Of a stretch of 64,000 nucleotides of DNA, positions 48,381-62,322 are shown piece by piece (within the stretch, counting starts at the first letter, position 1; each line of letters begins with the position of its first letter). The notes under the pieces are model-generated. The model ran no database searches and was not told the origin of the DNA. It saw only the letters and a list, made by a program, of their open reading frames with translations. The position numbers were made by a program, and so were the translations under genes. The stretch is from Octopus sinensis (Eukaryota): contig NC_042998.1 in assembly GCF_006345805.1 (NCBI RefSeq), forward strand, positions 127,534,001 through 127,598,000, in the 5' to 3' direction.

Positions 48381-50472
48381 GCGGGTATGTATGTGACTAA
48401 GTAAACCACATTACAGTATTGCCAATGTAAGCGACAAGAAATAGTGACTTCACGGTTCTTACTTATAGCTGCACAGCTGTGAATAAAACAATATTGTGCT
48501 CCTTACTTTATTCCTTCTGATGACGTACAGGTTTGCCTGTATAATTTATTTAGATAACTTCGATTCTAACCGAGACGGAAAAGTGGAAAAGAATTGGTTC
48601 TTCTAGGTCATTTAACGGTAAATATGGAAGAGAATCATGCTGTGAAAATAGTTTATAGTATATTGGATTAAAAATATTATATAGGTAAAAAAGGTCACGT
48701 TCTACCCGTGGGACTGAAACTATGCATCTTCTCAAACCATTTTACACATGCACATTCAAACACTCACACTCATGAGCGCGTATGCATATATGTCTATGTA
48801 TGAGTATGTGTGTGTATATATGGGAGAGCATATTTGTATTTGCATATGTTAAGCGTGCATGAGAGTTTAGACTGAAATTGCATGTTTACATCCGTTTGCA
48901 TCAATGACATTTTTGCCATGACACTCCTGCAAAAATGTAATTAAGTTAAATAGATTCGAATACGAGTACTTTTATACACCTGTATTTTCTACAGAGAAAA
49001 AACTTATAAATTATACATTTTCTTATTTGAAATCCCGATGGCAGACTACAATTTTTCCTTAATGATAATTAAATTTCAGGATATTCTATTTCTTCGATTT
49101 TCTTCACACTTTAAATCCGCATGGTAGTAGTACTGCTTTCATTGATTCCTGGTAGAATATTACACCTTGATTCCAAGTGAACGTAACACTATAGCTCGCT
49201 TGAAACAGCTTGTCACTTATAACGCGCGCTTTATCAGTGACTAAATAAGCCAACCGAATTTTGTTTGCCTGTATCCATAGTTGTAACACGATATACTGTA
49301 CTATTACACACAAAAATATATATGTATTTTACAGCAGCAGGTGCTGCATGTGTCATTGTATTACATGACATAACAACCTCCTGAGTACTCCTCCTTCATC
49401 GGCACAACTACACAACAAATCCAGTTATGTACCAAATAAACTATCGACATCCCGTAGCTCTCTGGTGATATATCGATTTCTCTTCGATTCTGTGTTCATA
49501 TTTAGCTTTTTCACATAAGTTCTTTATCTTTCGTTCTTTTCTTTTTCCTTTTTTTTTTTTGTTTAATTATCTTTTGAAATGCTTCTAATTTCACGTTTTT
49601 ATTAATCAATTTCTATAAATTAACCTGTTGTATAATTAGCTTGGAGTGCTATCTCATAAGCGTGATATTTGTGTGAGGCGGGTGAGGTGAGAGATTGCAC
49701 ACACGTGCTTCATATGTACACGTATTAGCTTAATTTGTAAGATAAAAACCAAGTAGAATATCATTAAAACATGGTCGGCTTCGTCAGAATTTTGAAAGCG
49801 CATCGTGCCATCTAATCACTGATATTTGATGGTAATACCTCTTAAATCGAGTTTACACTTTACATTTAGAGTCCCTTTATGCTTCACACTTTGCCTTAAA
49901 CTGTAATATACTATGCCTAGAGTAAAGAGCAAAACATTCCGATATGGCCTTACAACATTACTAAGAAATAACAACAGTGAGCTCGCAAGAAAGCAGTTGG
50001 ATGTAGAACATTTGATAAAAATATTATCTGACAATATCTGATCAGTCACATTTGTAAAATCATGCAAAAGAGAATTTGTCTTGTTATCTAATTCACTGCT
50101 AAACGAAGCAAGGTTTAAAACGGATGTTTGTTTTGAAATTGAAGCTTACATAAAACTTGATATATCAAATATACTTGATGAATTTAATTCAGCATAAACG
50201 TTTGGAGGAAGTGCCAAAATTTTGTAAATTCTACCAAAATACGGGAGGTGAGCCAAATTTTGAAGAAAACACAACAAAATAGTTAATAAGACTTGCAATT
50301 ATCGTGAAATATTTCAAATTCACTCACGAGATAAACTCCTGCGTTTCGTGTTCCATCTTCGTTTCTCTTTGTCTTCCCTTTCTCTCTATTTATCTCTATC
50401 TCATTACCTCCCCATGTAAATATACATTCACAGATATATTTATAATTTATATATATATCTCCCTCGCTCTCC

Positions 50473-50525
<53 letters not shown>

Positions 50526-50610
50526 TCTATATCTCTCATTATGCATATATATTATATATATATATACATTCTTTTATTCTTTTTCATGTTTCAGCCTTAA
50601 GGCTGTGGCT

Positions 50611-50664
50611 ATGCTGGAGACCGCAAGCATATATATATATATATATGCTTGCGGTCTCCAGCAT
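50611..50664. repeat. Perfect 54-bp palindrome centred on (AT)9
   Basis: atgctggagaccgcaagc-(at)9-gcttgcggtctccagcat. Confidence 0.95.
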
Positions 50665-50675
50665 ATATATATATA

Positions 50676-50900
50676 TCCCTGTTTCGTATACATTCGATTC
50701 TTCTTCCAAGAAATCTAATGCTCGTAGCTTAGTTTTTCCTTGGGGCTGGCCGGATCAGACCGATCTCAAGATTAATCAGCCGAAATTGCTGGGATGATCC
50801 GGTTCTTGACTGAAGATTGAAGGCTTCGAATGTCCCGTCCGTGTTTTTTATATCGTCTTCTAAATGTTTTACGTTCTTGTCCCAGTTTGTATTTTTCTAC
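50676..50900. mobile_element. Unclassified interspersed repeat between (TA)n tracts
   Basis: GC-richer block (ggggctggccggatcagacc..aagaaccggatcatccc on minus) bounded by TA runs; recalled as a cephalopod repeat, not verified. Confidence 0.35.
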
Positions 50901-50958
50901 ATATAAGATATTATATATGTACATATACATATATATGGATTTTAATTTGTACATATAT

Positions 50959-51020
<62 letters not shown>

Positions 51021-51929
51021 AAGATCTATAGGTATGCCTGCACATTCACACAAACACGCTCGCACTGGCACACACACACACACATACATACATACACACA
51101 CGCACACACACATATATGGTGATGCACAATAAAAGACATCACCTGGATGGAGTTTTAAAAATACCGCATTAGCTTTACTGGAAAAAAGCACAGGTCTGAC
51201 ATTTTGGATGTTAGTTCTCCATCAAAGGACACAGAAAAGCATATAAAAATTGAAAGTATAGAAAATATGCAAAGCCCTTCTATGGAGAAATTATGAAGGG
51301 TAGAAACGTAGGTGGGTATGTATTAGGAAGGGAGTGAATCAGTGTCAGGAAGTGAGCATAAGGGGAGTTGTTTCGTGGTGGGATGTATTTGTTGAAAACT
51401 GTGTAAGTGTGGTAAGAGTGTTGTGAGGATAATGATCTGTTAGTACATAAATGTTGGTATATAAAGTCGGTGGTAAGAATGTGTGGAAGTGGGGAAGTGA
51501 GATCCGGGATGAATTTATGGAAAGAAAACAAATTTAGTGAAGAAATAGATGGTGGAATAAAAGTGTGTGTGTGTGTGTTTGTGTGTGCGTGCGTGTGTGA
51601 AACGCTTTACCTTGAAAGGATAGGCTAACCTCAAACACGTAAAAGAAAGAGAAGATAGGAGTTTTGTGAACAGATAAAAGTCACCCAAAGAAAAATGTTC
51701 TGTAAAAATGCCAAACACTGGGTAAACTACGGTGTCGTTCGATGGAGTGTCCAACGGGTGCTTAGGAAATGAAAAATTCGCAAAAGAGGATGGATGCTAA
51801 CTGTAATGAGAGTCTGGTAAACTCTACATTCGCGAAGTAGCTGTCATGGACTTGCTGAAAGCTGGAATTGACATACATACATACATACATACATACATAC
51901 ATACATACATACATAATACATACATACAT

Positions 51930-52080
51930 ATGGGAACGAGAATGAGCCTCCAGCTATGCGAACCTGTTCGATGGCTGCGTTGAGGCCCAAATATTCTCAA
52001 GTTTCACTGATCCCACTCCCGAACTATGCGGCTGCTATATTGACGACTGTATCGGCGCGACCTCACTCTCCCGCGAATGA
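51930..52080 (+). pseudogene. Isolated PLE reverse-transcriptase catalytic core fragment
   Basis: MGTRMS(frameshift)SYANLFDGCVEAQIFSSFTDPTPELCGCYIDDCIGATSLSRE*; matches the AMGTRMGPSYANLF...RYIDD motif of PLE RTs; starts directly after (TACA)n. Confidence 0.85.
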
Positions 52081-52306
52081 TATAAACAATGAGTAACAAT
52101 ACAATGATATAAACAAGGAGTAACAGTACAAGATTCATTCTAGGAGTATTAAGACTGTTTCAGTACAAAACTCTAATCTCCTTCAAAGTAGGATTCTTTA
52201 ACTACACTGAACTTGTGGTGCTCCAACCATATCTTGCTACGATACGCATTGAGTATACTGATGTTATTCATGTGGGCAACAATAATGTATTACATGTATC
52301 TATATG

Positions 52307-52353
<47 letters not shown>

Positions 52354-53029
52354 AGACACACATACATGTGTATATATGTTTGTGTGTGCGTGTGTATTTA
52401 TATTCACAGCTATGTATATCCCTGAACATACACATAAACTCACGTATATATAGCTATATACACACAGTCGTTCATATATAAATACATATACTTTTATGCC
52501 ACGGCTGGTTAGTTTACTATCTTTCGTTTCTCTAAAGTTTCCTGCCGGAAAAAGAATTTTCAAACTTTTAACATTTGAATTATTCATGTAATGTCAAAAT
52601 TTAGAACGGAAGTGAGCCACCTGGTTCGACTTCTGTTCACATCTAGGAAGTATTGCTCTGAACTTTCAGTCTGTTTTGCTAGCTACTACGTAAGCTCTTT
52701 CGATGAGGACACTTACTGGTTATTTCCATTTTATCATTTAAGTGGTTTCCAGTTTTCTGACGTATGTCAGTATTCTCAGCAGTATAGTCATTGTATTTCA
52801 TTGAGTCATTCAAATAAAGGCGCTTCCTCCTTTAATTGACTATTCGATGCACAATGTGTCAGCATACTCTTCTCTCCGTTGCCATTTATATATTTACAAA
52901 CTATTTTACTATTATTTCTTTCTGCCCTTGGAAAAGTAGATTTGTTCTTTAGGTAGCGGACTTTGTAACTACATTCACACATACGCACGCACACGCATAC
53001 ACACACACACACACAATACACATATGTAT

Positions 53030-53054
53030 GTTTATATATATATATATTTGTGTG

Positions 53055-53107
<53 letters not shown>

Positions 53108-53147
53108 TAAGTATAAGTATATCTATATCTATATCTATATCTATCTA

Positions 53148-53232
<85 letters not shown>
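53030..53232. repeat. (TA)n/(TATATC)n microsatellite
   Basis: Directly visible. Confidence 0.95.
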
Positions 53233-53399
53233 GGCACAGGAGTGGTAATAGCTCGCTTACCAACTACTTGGTTCCGGGTTCAGTCCCACTGCGTGGCACC
53301 TTAGGCAAGTATCATCTAATTTAGCCTCGGATTGGTAGACGGAAACTGAAAGAAGTCCGTCGTTTATATATATATATATTATATATATATATATATATA

Positions 53400-53446
<47 letters not shown>

Positions 53447-53682
53447 TATATGTGTGTGTGGTGTGTGTGTGTGTGGTGTTAGTATCTGTGTTCGTTCCCT
53501 TCCCCAACATTGCTTTACAACCGATCTTGATATCTTTACGTCCCAGTAACCTAGCGGTTCAGCAGAAAAGACAGAGAGAATAAGTACAAGGATTACAAAG
53601 AATACATCCTGGGGTCGATTTGCTCGACTAAAGGCGGTGCTCCAGCATGACCTCAGTCAAATGACTGAAACAAATAAGAGAA
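53233..53682 (+). mobile_element. Near full-length tRNA-derived SINE with expanded internal (TA)n(TG)n
   Basis: Head ggcacaggagtgg..ggttccgggttcagtcccactgcgtggcacctt; middle ggtagacggaaactgaaagaag; tail cctggggtcgatttgctcgactaaaggcggtgctccagcatg..atgactgaaacaa. Confidence 0.85.
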
Positions 53683-54399
53683 TATACACATACACATATA
53701 TACTTATATATGTATGTATGTATGCATGTATGTATGTATGTATACTCGTGTGAGATTTAGTCTTATCAATGTTATTCGATTTCCATGCAGTATTAGCGTA
53801 AATTATCATGCAGTATAAAATAATTCGTAGACATTGAAGCTTAGGGATCCCTCTTTGATATCGTAAGTTGCAAACCGTCATCCCTGTGCATAGCGTTTTT
53901 TATCGATGTTTTTTTTTTTTACTTTACAACATGCAGTGTGAAATATGTTTTTTTGGATAGTTTGGTAATGAAAACTATTATAATGAATATGTAGGCGGGA
54001 TCAAACACTAACTTTAATAAAACTACAGCAAAGAGACATATAAACCAATGTACATTGTATCGATATTAATAGTATACTGCAGTAACTAATTTATATGCTA
54101 AACTGCGATCAATCTTTAAGTCCATGTAAATAATAATCCCACCGGTCTTCCATAGATACTACTATAATGAAAGTTCAAGATTTATAAAAAAATTTTCCAA
54201 CACAAAAGACGATTGAAATTAATTTAACTAATATTTTTATGAGTAAAATGCAATATTTCATCATTCAAAAGTTAATAATAGAACACTCCATACTTATTAG
54301 TATATAATCATTACAAGTTATACGATCAAATTACCAGTGACTAATATAAACTTAAATTTAATTAAATAGGAACTTATAAAAGTATTATTGTTGTTGTTA

Positions 54400-54437
54400 T
54401 TGTAGTAGTAGTAGTAGTATTAGTAGTAGTAGTATTG

Positions 54438-54525
<88 letters not shown>
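54400..54525. repeat. (TAG)n(CAG)n microsatellite
   Basis: Directly visible. Confidence 0.95.
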
Positions 54526-54526
<1 letters not shown>

Positions 54527-55158
54527 GATAGTATTCAGTTAATCTACATATATTAACGTATATATTAATAAACCGACTCAACACATATGTAGATTTTTTA
54601 CTTGAAGATGTATTCCTAAAATATTTTCAAAATATAATTACACACGACCGCACACACACACACACCTACACACCCTCACACACATACTTTTGTGTGAATA
54701 TGTTATATTTTTGTCTGTCAATATGAGTATTTTTTAAAGTGGGTAATTTGTGTCTATATTTTTTTTGTTTTTCTATGCAGGACATTCACACAGTTCCATC
54801 CTTAAGAAGCCAATTGCAAACTAAACATAATGGTATTATAACCAAATACATTTATCATACACAAATGTATGTGGTTATAATGCTGTTATAATATAGAATG
54901 AAAATATTGTAGCATTGGTTTCCTTTAATCTCTCAACAAGGGAAGCAAACGGTAACTTCTCGCCCTATATCGTTTTAAATGAGAATTGTCTGATATGACT
55001 CTCATTTAAAAAGTCTGGTCTGTGTTGTGAAGATCTTATTAATAATTAAGTTTCCTATAAAATGCTATTGGACAAGGATATTGATAAACTTAACTGAATT
55101 TTTGTTTTAAATAGTAAATAACAAAAAAAGATTGTAACATATATATATATATATATAT

Positions 55159-55560
55159 AGGCGCAGGAGTAGCTTGCTAACAAACCACATGGTTCAGGGT
55201 TCAGTCCCACTGCGTAGCATCTTGAGCAAGTGTCTTCTGCTATAGCCCCGGGCCGACCAATGCCTTGTGAGTGGATTTGGTAGACGGAAACTGAAAGAAG
55301 CCTGTCGTATATATGGATATATATATAAGTGTGTGTGTATATGTTTGTGTGTCTGTTTGTCCCCCTAGCATTGCTTGACAACCGATGCTGGTGTGTTTAA
55401 GTCCCCGTCACTTAGCGGTTCGGCAAAAGAGACCGATAGAATAAGTACTGGGCTTACAAAGAAAAAGTCCCGAGGTCGATTTGCTCGACTAAAGGCGGTG
55501 CTCCAGCATGGCCGCAGTCAAATGACTGAAACAAGGAAAAGAGAAAAGAGAGAGAAAAGA
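55159..55560 (+). mobile_element. Near full-length tRNA-derived SINE (same family as 53233)
   Basis: Colinear with 53233-53682; B-box-like ggttcagtccc; (GAAAA/GAGAA) tail. Confidence 0.88.
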
Positions 55561-55564
55561 GTAT

Positions 55565-55618
<54 letters not shown>

Positions 55619-56266
55619 CATATACACGCGGGTGTGTATGTGCGTGTGTATGTGTGTCTGTGTGTGTGTGTGTGTGCGAGCGGATTACTGTCTGTTTTTT
55701 GTGTGCGTGTTGCATGATAAAAGGCGAAATCAGAAATTTAAGGGATCATTACTCTCTGTACAAGCGTCAATTTTTATCAGGAATGAAATATTTAGAGAAT
55801 TATGGCTAAAATATGTAAGATATCGCATGGCTAAAACCGTTTATTTGAGGTTCTACACATTTAGTCTCGTCATTCTTAGAACAAATATAGTAAAAAAGTA
55901 TGCTGCGATTGCAAAGACAATCCAAAGACCACTTGATTTTTATTCCAAAAATGCGTACAATGTAACTAACATAAATACATATTGAAAATCAATATAGTGG
56001 TTTATACATAACAACGGTAATTTTGATGTACGGAAATCCTTGAGGTATCGCATGTTAGACGATCGTGTTGTTGATTACATTACCATTACCTCTCCTCACA
56101 TTAGATTTGTTACTGTTATTTTAAATGCGCTAATTTATTGCTATAATGTTGTTGATCAGCTAAGTGCCAGGCTTTAAGAAAAAATAAGTCCTGGGGTCGA
56201 TTCATTCGACTAAAAGGCAGCGCTTCAGCATAAAAGACATAAACACGCAAACATATACAAACAGAT

Positions 56267-56345
<79 letters not shown>

Positions 56346-57049
56346 GAAATACATGACAAAATCTCTCACCCATAAATAATTGATACACAAGATTACGTGA
56401 AATACAACATTCGGGCACACAATCTTGTCATTGAATTTGACTTTAAAATATTCGAAACCACACGAACAAACACAGTGACCTGAACATAGAAATACATTAA
56501 CAAAGCCACCCCTAAATACTAGTTAGCCTTGTGTTCCTAATATCCTTGCACATAAGACATACTATAACTTCAGTTGGGAAAATTAATTATGTAAGCCGAT
56601 ACGCATACACACATCCTTTACAGGCTAAAAGAAAAATACTTTAATGATATTACTAGTTAAACTAAGGGGCGAAAAATGTATAAGATAAGCAAATTAGCCC
56701 CATTAAGTCAGTAAATGTATAAAACAAAGTGACCTAGAAAAATTTAAACAGTCTCCGAGAAAAATAATACACAATGTAATGAATAATTTGCATTGTTTGT
56801 AAAACTACCCTCAAAAACAGCAAATCAAGTTGCCTAACAATAGTACCCAGCCAATCGACGGTAAAATCAACTCTCTCTAACGTCAATAAGTAAAGTTAAA
56901 TGGGTCTCACTTAGACATTGCAGTAGAGTTTCGACTTTAGTTCCGAAATAAATACTTGTGTGAAATAAACTATAGATGCATAAATACATACATACACATA
57001 CCTACATAAATATAAATGTGTGTGTTTGTAACTTATTAGTAAGAAATAC

Positions 57050-59358
57050 TAGAAGACACCAACCTAAGGTTAGGAGTAATTATTGTTCGCAAGCAACTAG
57101 AAACGTCCAAGGGACTTCTTCTGCTCCTCATTGAAGAAACTCAACCTACGGAATTCCAAGCTATTTGCCCACACAGTAAAACCAACTGCTCAGCATCTAA
57201 AAACATAATTAAGAACCCCAATAATTTATTCCAATGAAGAAACCCAAACCAAGTATTTCCAACCAATTTCTTCAGACAGCAACACCAGCCTCCCAGCAAT
57301 CCTAATATATTTAATAACAATAATAACGCTGATAACTTCTACCAACCAAATTACTTTAAACATTTTTTAGACCGAGAAACAGAGACACACGTTGGAACAA
57401 AACATGCAGGGGAAACCCAAAGCAATAAATTTATCAAAGAAAACTCTCTCTGCAACAAAATAAGTATACTAGCTAAAGGAAGAAAATTTACCCCAATCCC
57501 GCGAAGATCCAACCAGAAAGACAATTTTTCAGAATTCTGTAGAAAACTACGACTCATAGAAGCATTAACTGACTACATCAATGGGGATGAATCCCTGGTT
57601 AAAAATAGAAGTAATTATCTTCCACCTAAAGATAGGAATAAAACACTAGATGACTTCTGCGACCATATCCAAAGCTTCCCAAATAATTTTTACAAGCAAA
57701 ACATTAATACAAACATCAACAATCTAGAATGGATAAGTCTAATTGAACTACAAAACGACAAAGAAATGACAATTAAAGAAGCTGCCAAATGGAGTGCCGT
57801 GGACCTGACGGACATAGAATACTACAAATTCCTAGTATTATCCCTGCTAGGAAACGATGCCTTCTACGAAAATGTTGTAAGCTATAAACAACAAAAAGCA
57901 ATGAAACATCATGCTTCCTTAATACTTATACATGGAAAAGGCCTGGCAGAAAAGGACATAGGTTATATTACGAACTTTAAATGTAAACCTAGTCATTTTT
58001 CCGGCCTACCTAAAATACACAAGAGCAAGATAGCTAATGAAGCCTGCAAAGAATAGCCAAGCAAATACATAAATTTCCAAGCGCCAGAATACTTAAAGTA
58101 AAGACACTATTAGTTTGCCCAGCTCGTGAAACTCACTGCCTAAGCAACTTTCTAGTCATCCTACTGAAACCCTTGCTTAAATACATCAAAAATTTAATTA
58201 AAGATGATCTATACATGCTACAGCACCTACCAAAAACAATTAATTAAGAGGGATTATTGGTTTCCTTCGATGTTATTAATCTTTACACTAGTATCCCAAG
58301 TGTCTTTGGAATAGAAGCAATGAAATTCTAGTTGGAAAAGTACCCCGAAGTACTTCTGAAATGCATAAAGCAGGTCTTTATCATTGAACCTTTAAAATTT
58401 ATATGACACCTACTGTCGTCAAAAATGCGGAATTGAGATGGGAAGGAAAGCAGCCCCAGTTCTTGCTGACCTAATAATGGATTATTTTGAATTCACCATA
58501 TATGAAATGTCACTACAAAAACATGGATATTAATTTCACCATTGTATAAGAGAAAAAGGGAAAAGATACCTGGATAACTGCTTTATCATTTGGAAGGAGA
58601 CCATTGATAAACTTTTGGAATTCAAATCAATACTAAATAATATAAATCATAACGTTCAATTCACAAGGAAGTATAGCAAAGAACAGCTCCCTTTCTTGAA
58701 TATTATGATAAAAAAATGTCAACAACCAAATTATAACTGACATTTATCATAAACCACCAGACTCGAAGCAATATCTGCTGTTTAGCTCATGCCTCCCGAA
58801 ACACATCAAACGAAATATCCCCCTTAATTTAGCAAAAAGGATTTGCACAATAGTGTCTGATAGAAATACTCGGAACCTTCGTCTTCAAGACCCCAGAAGA
58901 ACACAGACGGAAATACAATATCCACCCTCACTTATAGACGATGGAATTAAGTGGGCTAAGAAATTAGACATTAAAACGCCACACCTCATATCAAAACACT
59001 ACTGTGTATATCAACTCACAACACTAGAAACAATGAGATATACAACATTTTTGTACAAAATCTACCTATGCTCACTAGAGATCCCAAAATAAACAACATT
59101 CTGAAAACACATAAATTCATAAAATGCAAAAAGCAACACAAATCAATAAAAAAAAATTGTAACAGATGCGAAACTTTACACAACAACGAGGAAACCAGCT
59201 GTTAAAAAATATGCCCAAATTATGGAACATGCCCCAACCTACAAACCTACTGGAATGCTTGGAATTTCCATTTAAACAAGGAGAGAGGTTCACAATTAAA
59301 TCCAACTTCACTTGTGCTTCCCAGAATCTAATTTATGTTATAAGTTGCTCAGGTTGTA

Positions 59359-59395
<37 letters not shown>

Positions 59396-59950
59396 CAGAC
59401 AAGTATGACACTGAGACGGAGAACAACACTACATAAAGAAGAGATCCGGATTCCGCAATACAGATGGATTCCCTTGAGTGAACACATAGAGAGATGTGCA
59501 GGTAATATCCGATCATACTTCACAGTCTTCTCCATCTACCAGTGCAAAGAAACAATTTCTATACAAGAACGTTTAAATAAAGAAAATTTGTTCATCGACA
59601 AATACAGAACACCTGTAAATATGAACACATAATCAGCTTTGATGTCAGTATATATTTTAATTCATGATCAGATACCCATCAGTGCACATATCTCATCTCA
59701 CTAGTTTAGCTTTTGAGTTTTTGTGTATATTTATCCCCTCCCGAAAGATGAATAATTACGTCCCCTGTCCCCAACAATAACGACCTCCAATTACCTCCCC
59801 TTAGATTTTTCTACTTGTTGAATCATACATAAACTTCTCCACACACTGCAAAGACTAAAATCTTTAGAAAATATGAAATTATGATAATTTCAGTATCATA
59901 ATTAGCGAAATCGAAACCGTTCGACAAACACAATATAAACTATATTTTTA
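57050..59950 (+). mobile_element. Penelope-like element (RT + C-terminal GIY-YIG), pseudogenised
   Basis: INLSKKTL..ILAKGRKFTP..FCRKLRL (about 57420-57560), IKEAAKWSAV, FSGLPKIHKS, SFDVINLYTSIP (58260), YLDNCFIIW (58567), TDIYHKPPDSKQYL, CASQNLIYVISCSGC, GQTSMTLRRRTTLH..SEHIERC; ORF ends 59632. Confidence 0.92.
59362..59393. repeat. (AT)16 inside the YIG codons of the PLE endonuclease
   Basis: TGT AGA CA[(TA)n]T GACAGACA interrupts C-x-x-Y-I-G-Q-T. Confidence 0.9.
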
Positions 59951-59989
59951 AATATATTAAAACTATGTAAATATGTGCATTTTCCTTCT

Positions 59990-60076
59990 TTTGTTAGGGT
60001 CGATATGCGCGACTAAAGGCGGTGCTCCAGCACGGCCGCAGTCAACTGGCTGAGACAAGTTAAAGAGTAAAAGAGT
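59990..60076 (+). mobile_element. SINE tail fragment
   Basis: gactaaaggcggtgctccagcacggccgcagtcaa..tgagacaagttaaagagtaaaagag. Confidence 0.75.
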
Positions 60077-60087
60077 ATATATATATT

Positions 60088-60136
<49 letters not shown>

Positions 60137-60249
60137 CATTACAACACTACACGTGGGTTAATCAAAATTCTTCGTTCAGTATTTACGTGTTGGAAAATTA
60201 TATATCTTTCTACTTGTTCTACAATACATTTCAACGCTTCAAAAACAAA

Positions 60250-60287
<38 letters not shown>

Positions 60288-61096
60288 TAAATTAGAGATA
60301 AAACCACTATTAGGCAAATCAAACAATGAAAAACTTAAGCCAATACATAAAATTAATTAATTTATATTATTTTAAATATATATCAAAAGTATTAAAAGTT
60401 TAATAAAAGATATGTGTGTGTGTATGCATATGTATAAAGTATATATAATACAAATCTACTATGTCAGTATTTATTACCCTATTTATGTTTGTACAAGTGC
60501 TATAAGTATATCAGTCAGACTCAGTGGTCCACTCCACAGAATTGCGACTCCTCATCAAGTGGTGTCGTATCACTAGCCAATAATGGGCTCTGACTTTATT
60601 AATACTTAATTCGGTGTGGGAGCACAAGTGCCACAGACCACGCGTGCGTGTGTGCTTATGTGTACATGCGCGTTTGTACGAGCGAGTGTACGTGAGCCAG
60701 ACCAAGTATGTGTAGGAGTTTGTACATTCATATCCACTAAAGGTTATATCTAATATTACTGTATTATGTATTTGTTTGTTTTTGTATCTGAATTTTGTTA
60801 TAGATCTCCTATAGGAATGAAGTTGTATCCCTTAATTTGACAGTTATATATACGAAGACCAAGAAGAAATCTTGCGAAACAGATTTTATTTTAACAAGAT
60901 ACCTCTTGAAATCAACCGAAGAGACACATCTACACCGAGGGATACACATAAACCAGTTTTGCAGTATCCAACCTGCGAGGTATTCGATGCTAGATGGCTC
61001 GAAATAATTGTAGCGATCACTAAAATTTTGATATCGTCCATCATCTGTCAGTCTCTCCTGAAGCACATACACACACTCTCACTCGCGCGCGCACAT

Positions 61097-61134
<38 letters not shown>

Positions 61135-61392
61135 ACAAATATACGCCAGATATGTATATCTATATTTACTGAGGAATACGCGCTCACGCCCACATACACA
61201 CAAAACTTTGCATATTAGACGTTATGCAATAACTAATAATTATAGGTGAAAATAAATTCTATAAATTAAATGTAAACCATGAGCATTAGTCTGTATTCAG
61301 GTTTCTATTCCGTATTATTTCACATGAATTTCACATCTTCTTGAATATAATCAATTGGCATGTTACTGGCCTAAATTCTCAAAAAAGAATAA

Positions 61393-61450
<58 letters not shown>

Positions 61451-62168
61451 AGGTGAGAGAGTTGGTGTGTGAAAGCACGTTGTAGGATGTATAAAAAAGA
61501 GTGAAAAAACTACAGAAGGCTTGTGTTATAAGGTTAAAGAATATATTTAAGTCGTTATGTTAGAAAAATGTTATAAAAACTATGTTCAAAAACTATGTTA
61601 CTATACAAAATTTTATAACAGTTTTCTAACATAACGGCTTAAATATATTCTTTAACCTTATAACACAAACTTTATATATATATATATATATTATCGCTCG
61701 CCACTATCCCTGAGAAACGATGAACTTTGAGTAATGATGTGATATTTAGCCCCGAAATATCTAATTAGTTCTATTGCGAGTTTACTTTCTGCTCTATGAA
61801 ACCCACTGACCTTTCAATATTTATCTGTACTTCTCAAGAATACACAGGTGATCAAATCTGTTGTTTATATCTCGTTATTGTTACAGCATTGGATTCCTAC
61901 TAACAAGCTTCATACACAAAAACCTCGATCAACATAATTATACATGTATATCGAGTACAACTTGTTATTATAAGAAGCTGGGGCATTGTAAAATTAGAGA
62001 TATTTTCCTGGGTGAACAATATTTAGTTCAATAGAAAATGGACATTCATCTAGGTCTCGGATCATTGTCGCTTGACCCATTAATGTCTGATCTCAGGCAA
62101 TTATTGAAATCGGATTCTGATTACACAATTGTCTTTAACACTATTTTAACTTCTGTATAAACTGGTAG

Positions 62169-62258
62169 CTACAACCGAGCGTAGATTTCTCTACAAGATC
62201 TACAAGATATTACATGGCGCCAGATACGACGACGATATATCTGAAGAACAAAGGACAG
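62169..62258 (+). CDS. Candidate internal exon (90 nt)
   Basis: Acceptor ttttaacttctgtataaactggtAG, donor CAG|GTAATG, open frame TTERRFLYKIYKILHGARYDDDISEEQRT. No homology recognised. Confidence 0.2.
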
Positions 62259-62322
62259 GTAATGTACGGTATCTGATCCTGTGGAAATGTGCTTAAAATT
62301 GTCTACAAAATCTAACAAGTGG

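Noticed and set aside
48517-48545. CTGATGA followed by hairpin GTACAGG-tttg-CCTGTAT
   Set aside because: No GAAA or stem III follows.
49360-49410. Minus-strand CCGATGAA-GGAG-gagta-CTCA
   Set aside because: Core and GAAA are both altered; too degenerate.
50805-50845. CTGAAGA-TTGAAGGCTTC-GAATGTC as a hammerhead
   Set aside because: Stem II cannot close with a viable loop and there is no GAAA or stem I partner.
51280-51860. Purine-rich block and YGVVRWSVQRVLRK peptide, possibly transposon-derived
   Set aside because: No diagnostic motif allowed assignment to a family.
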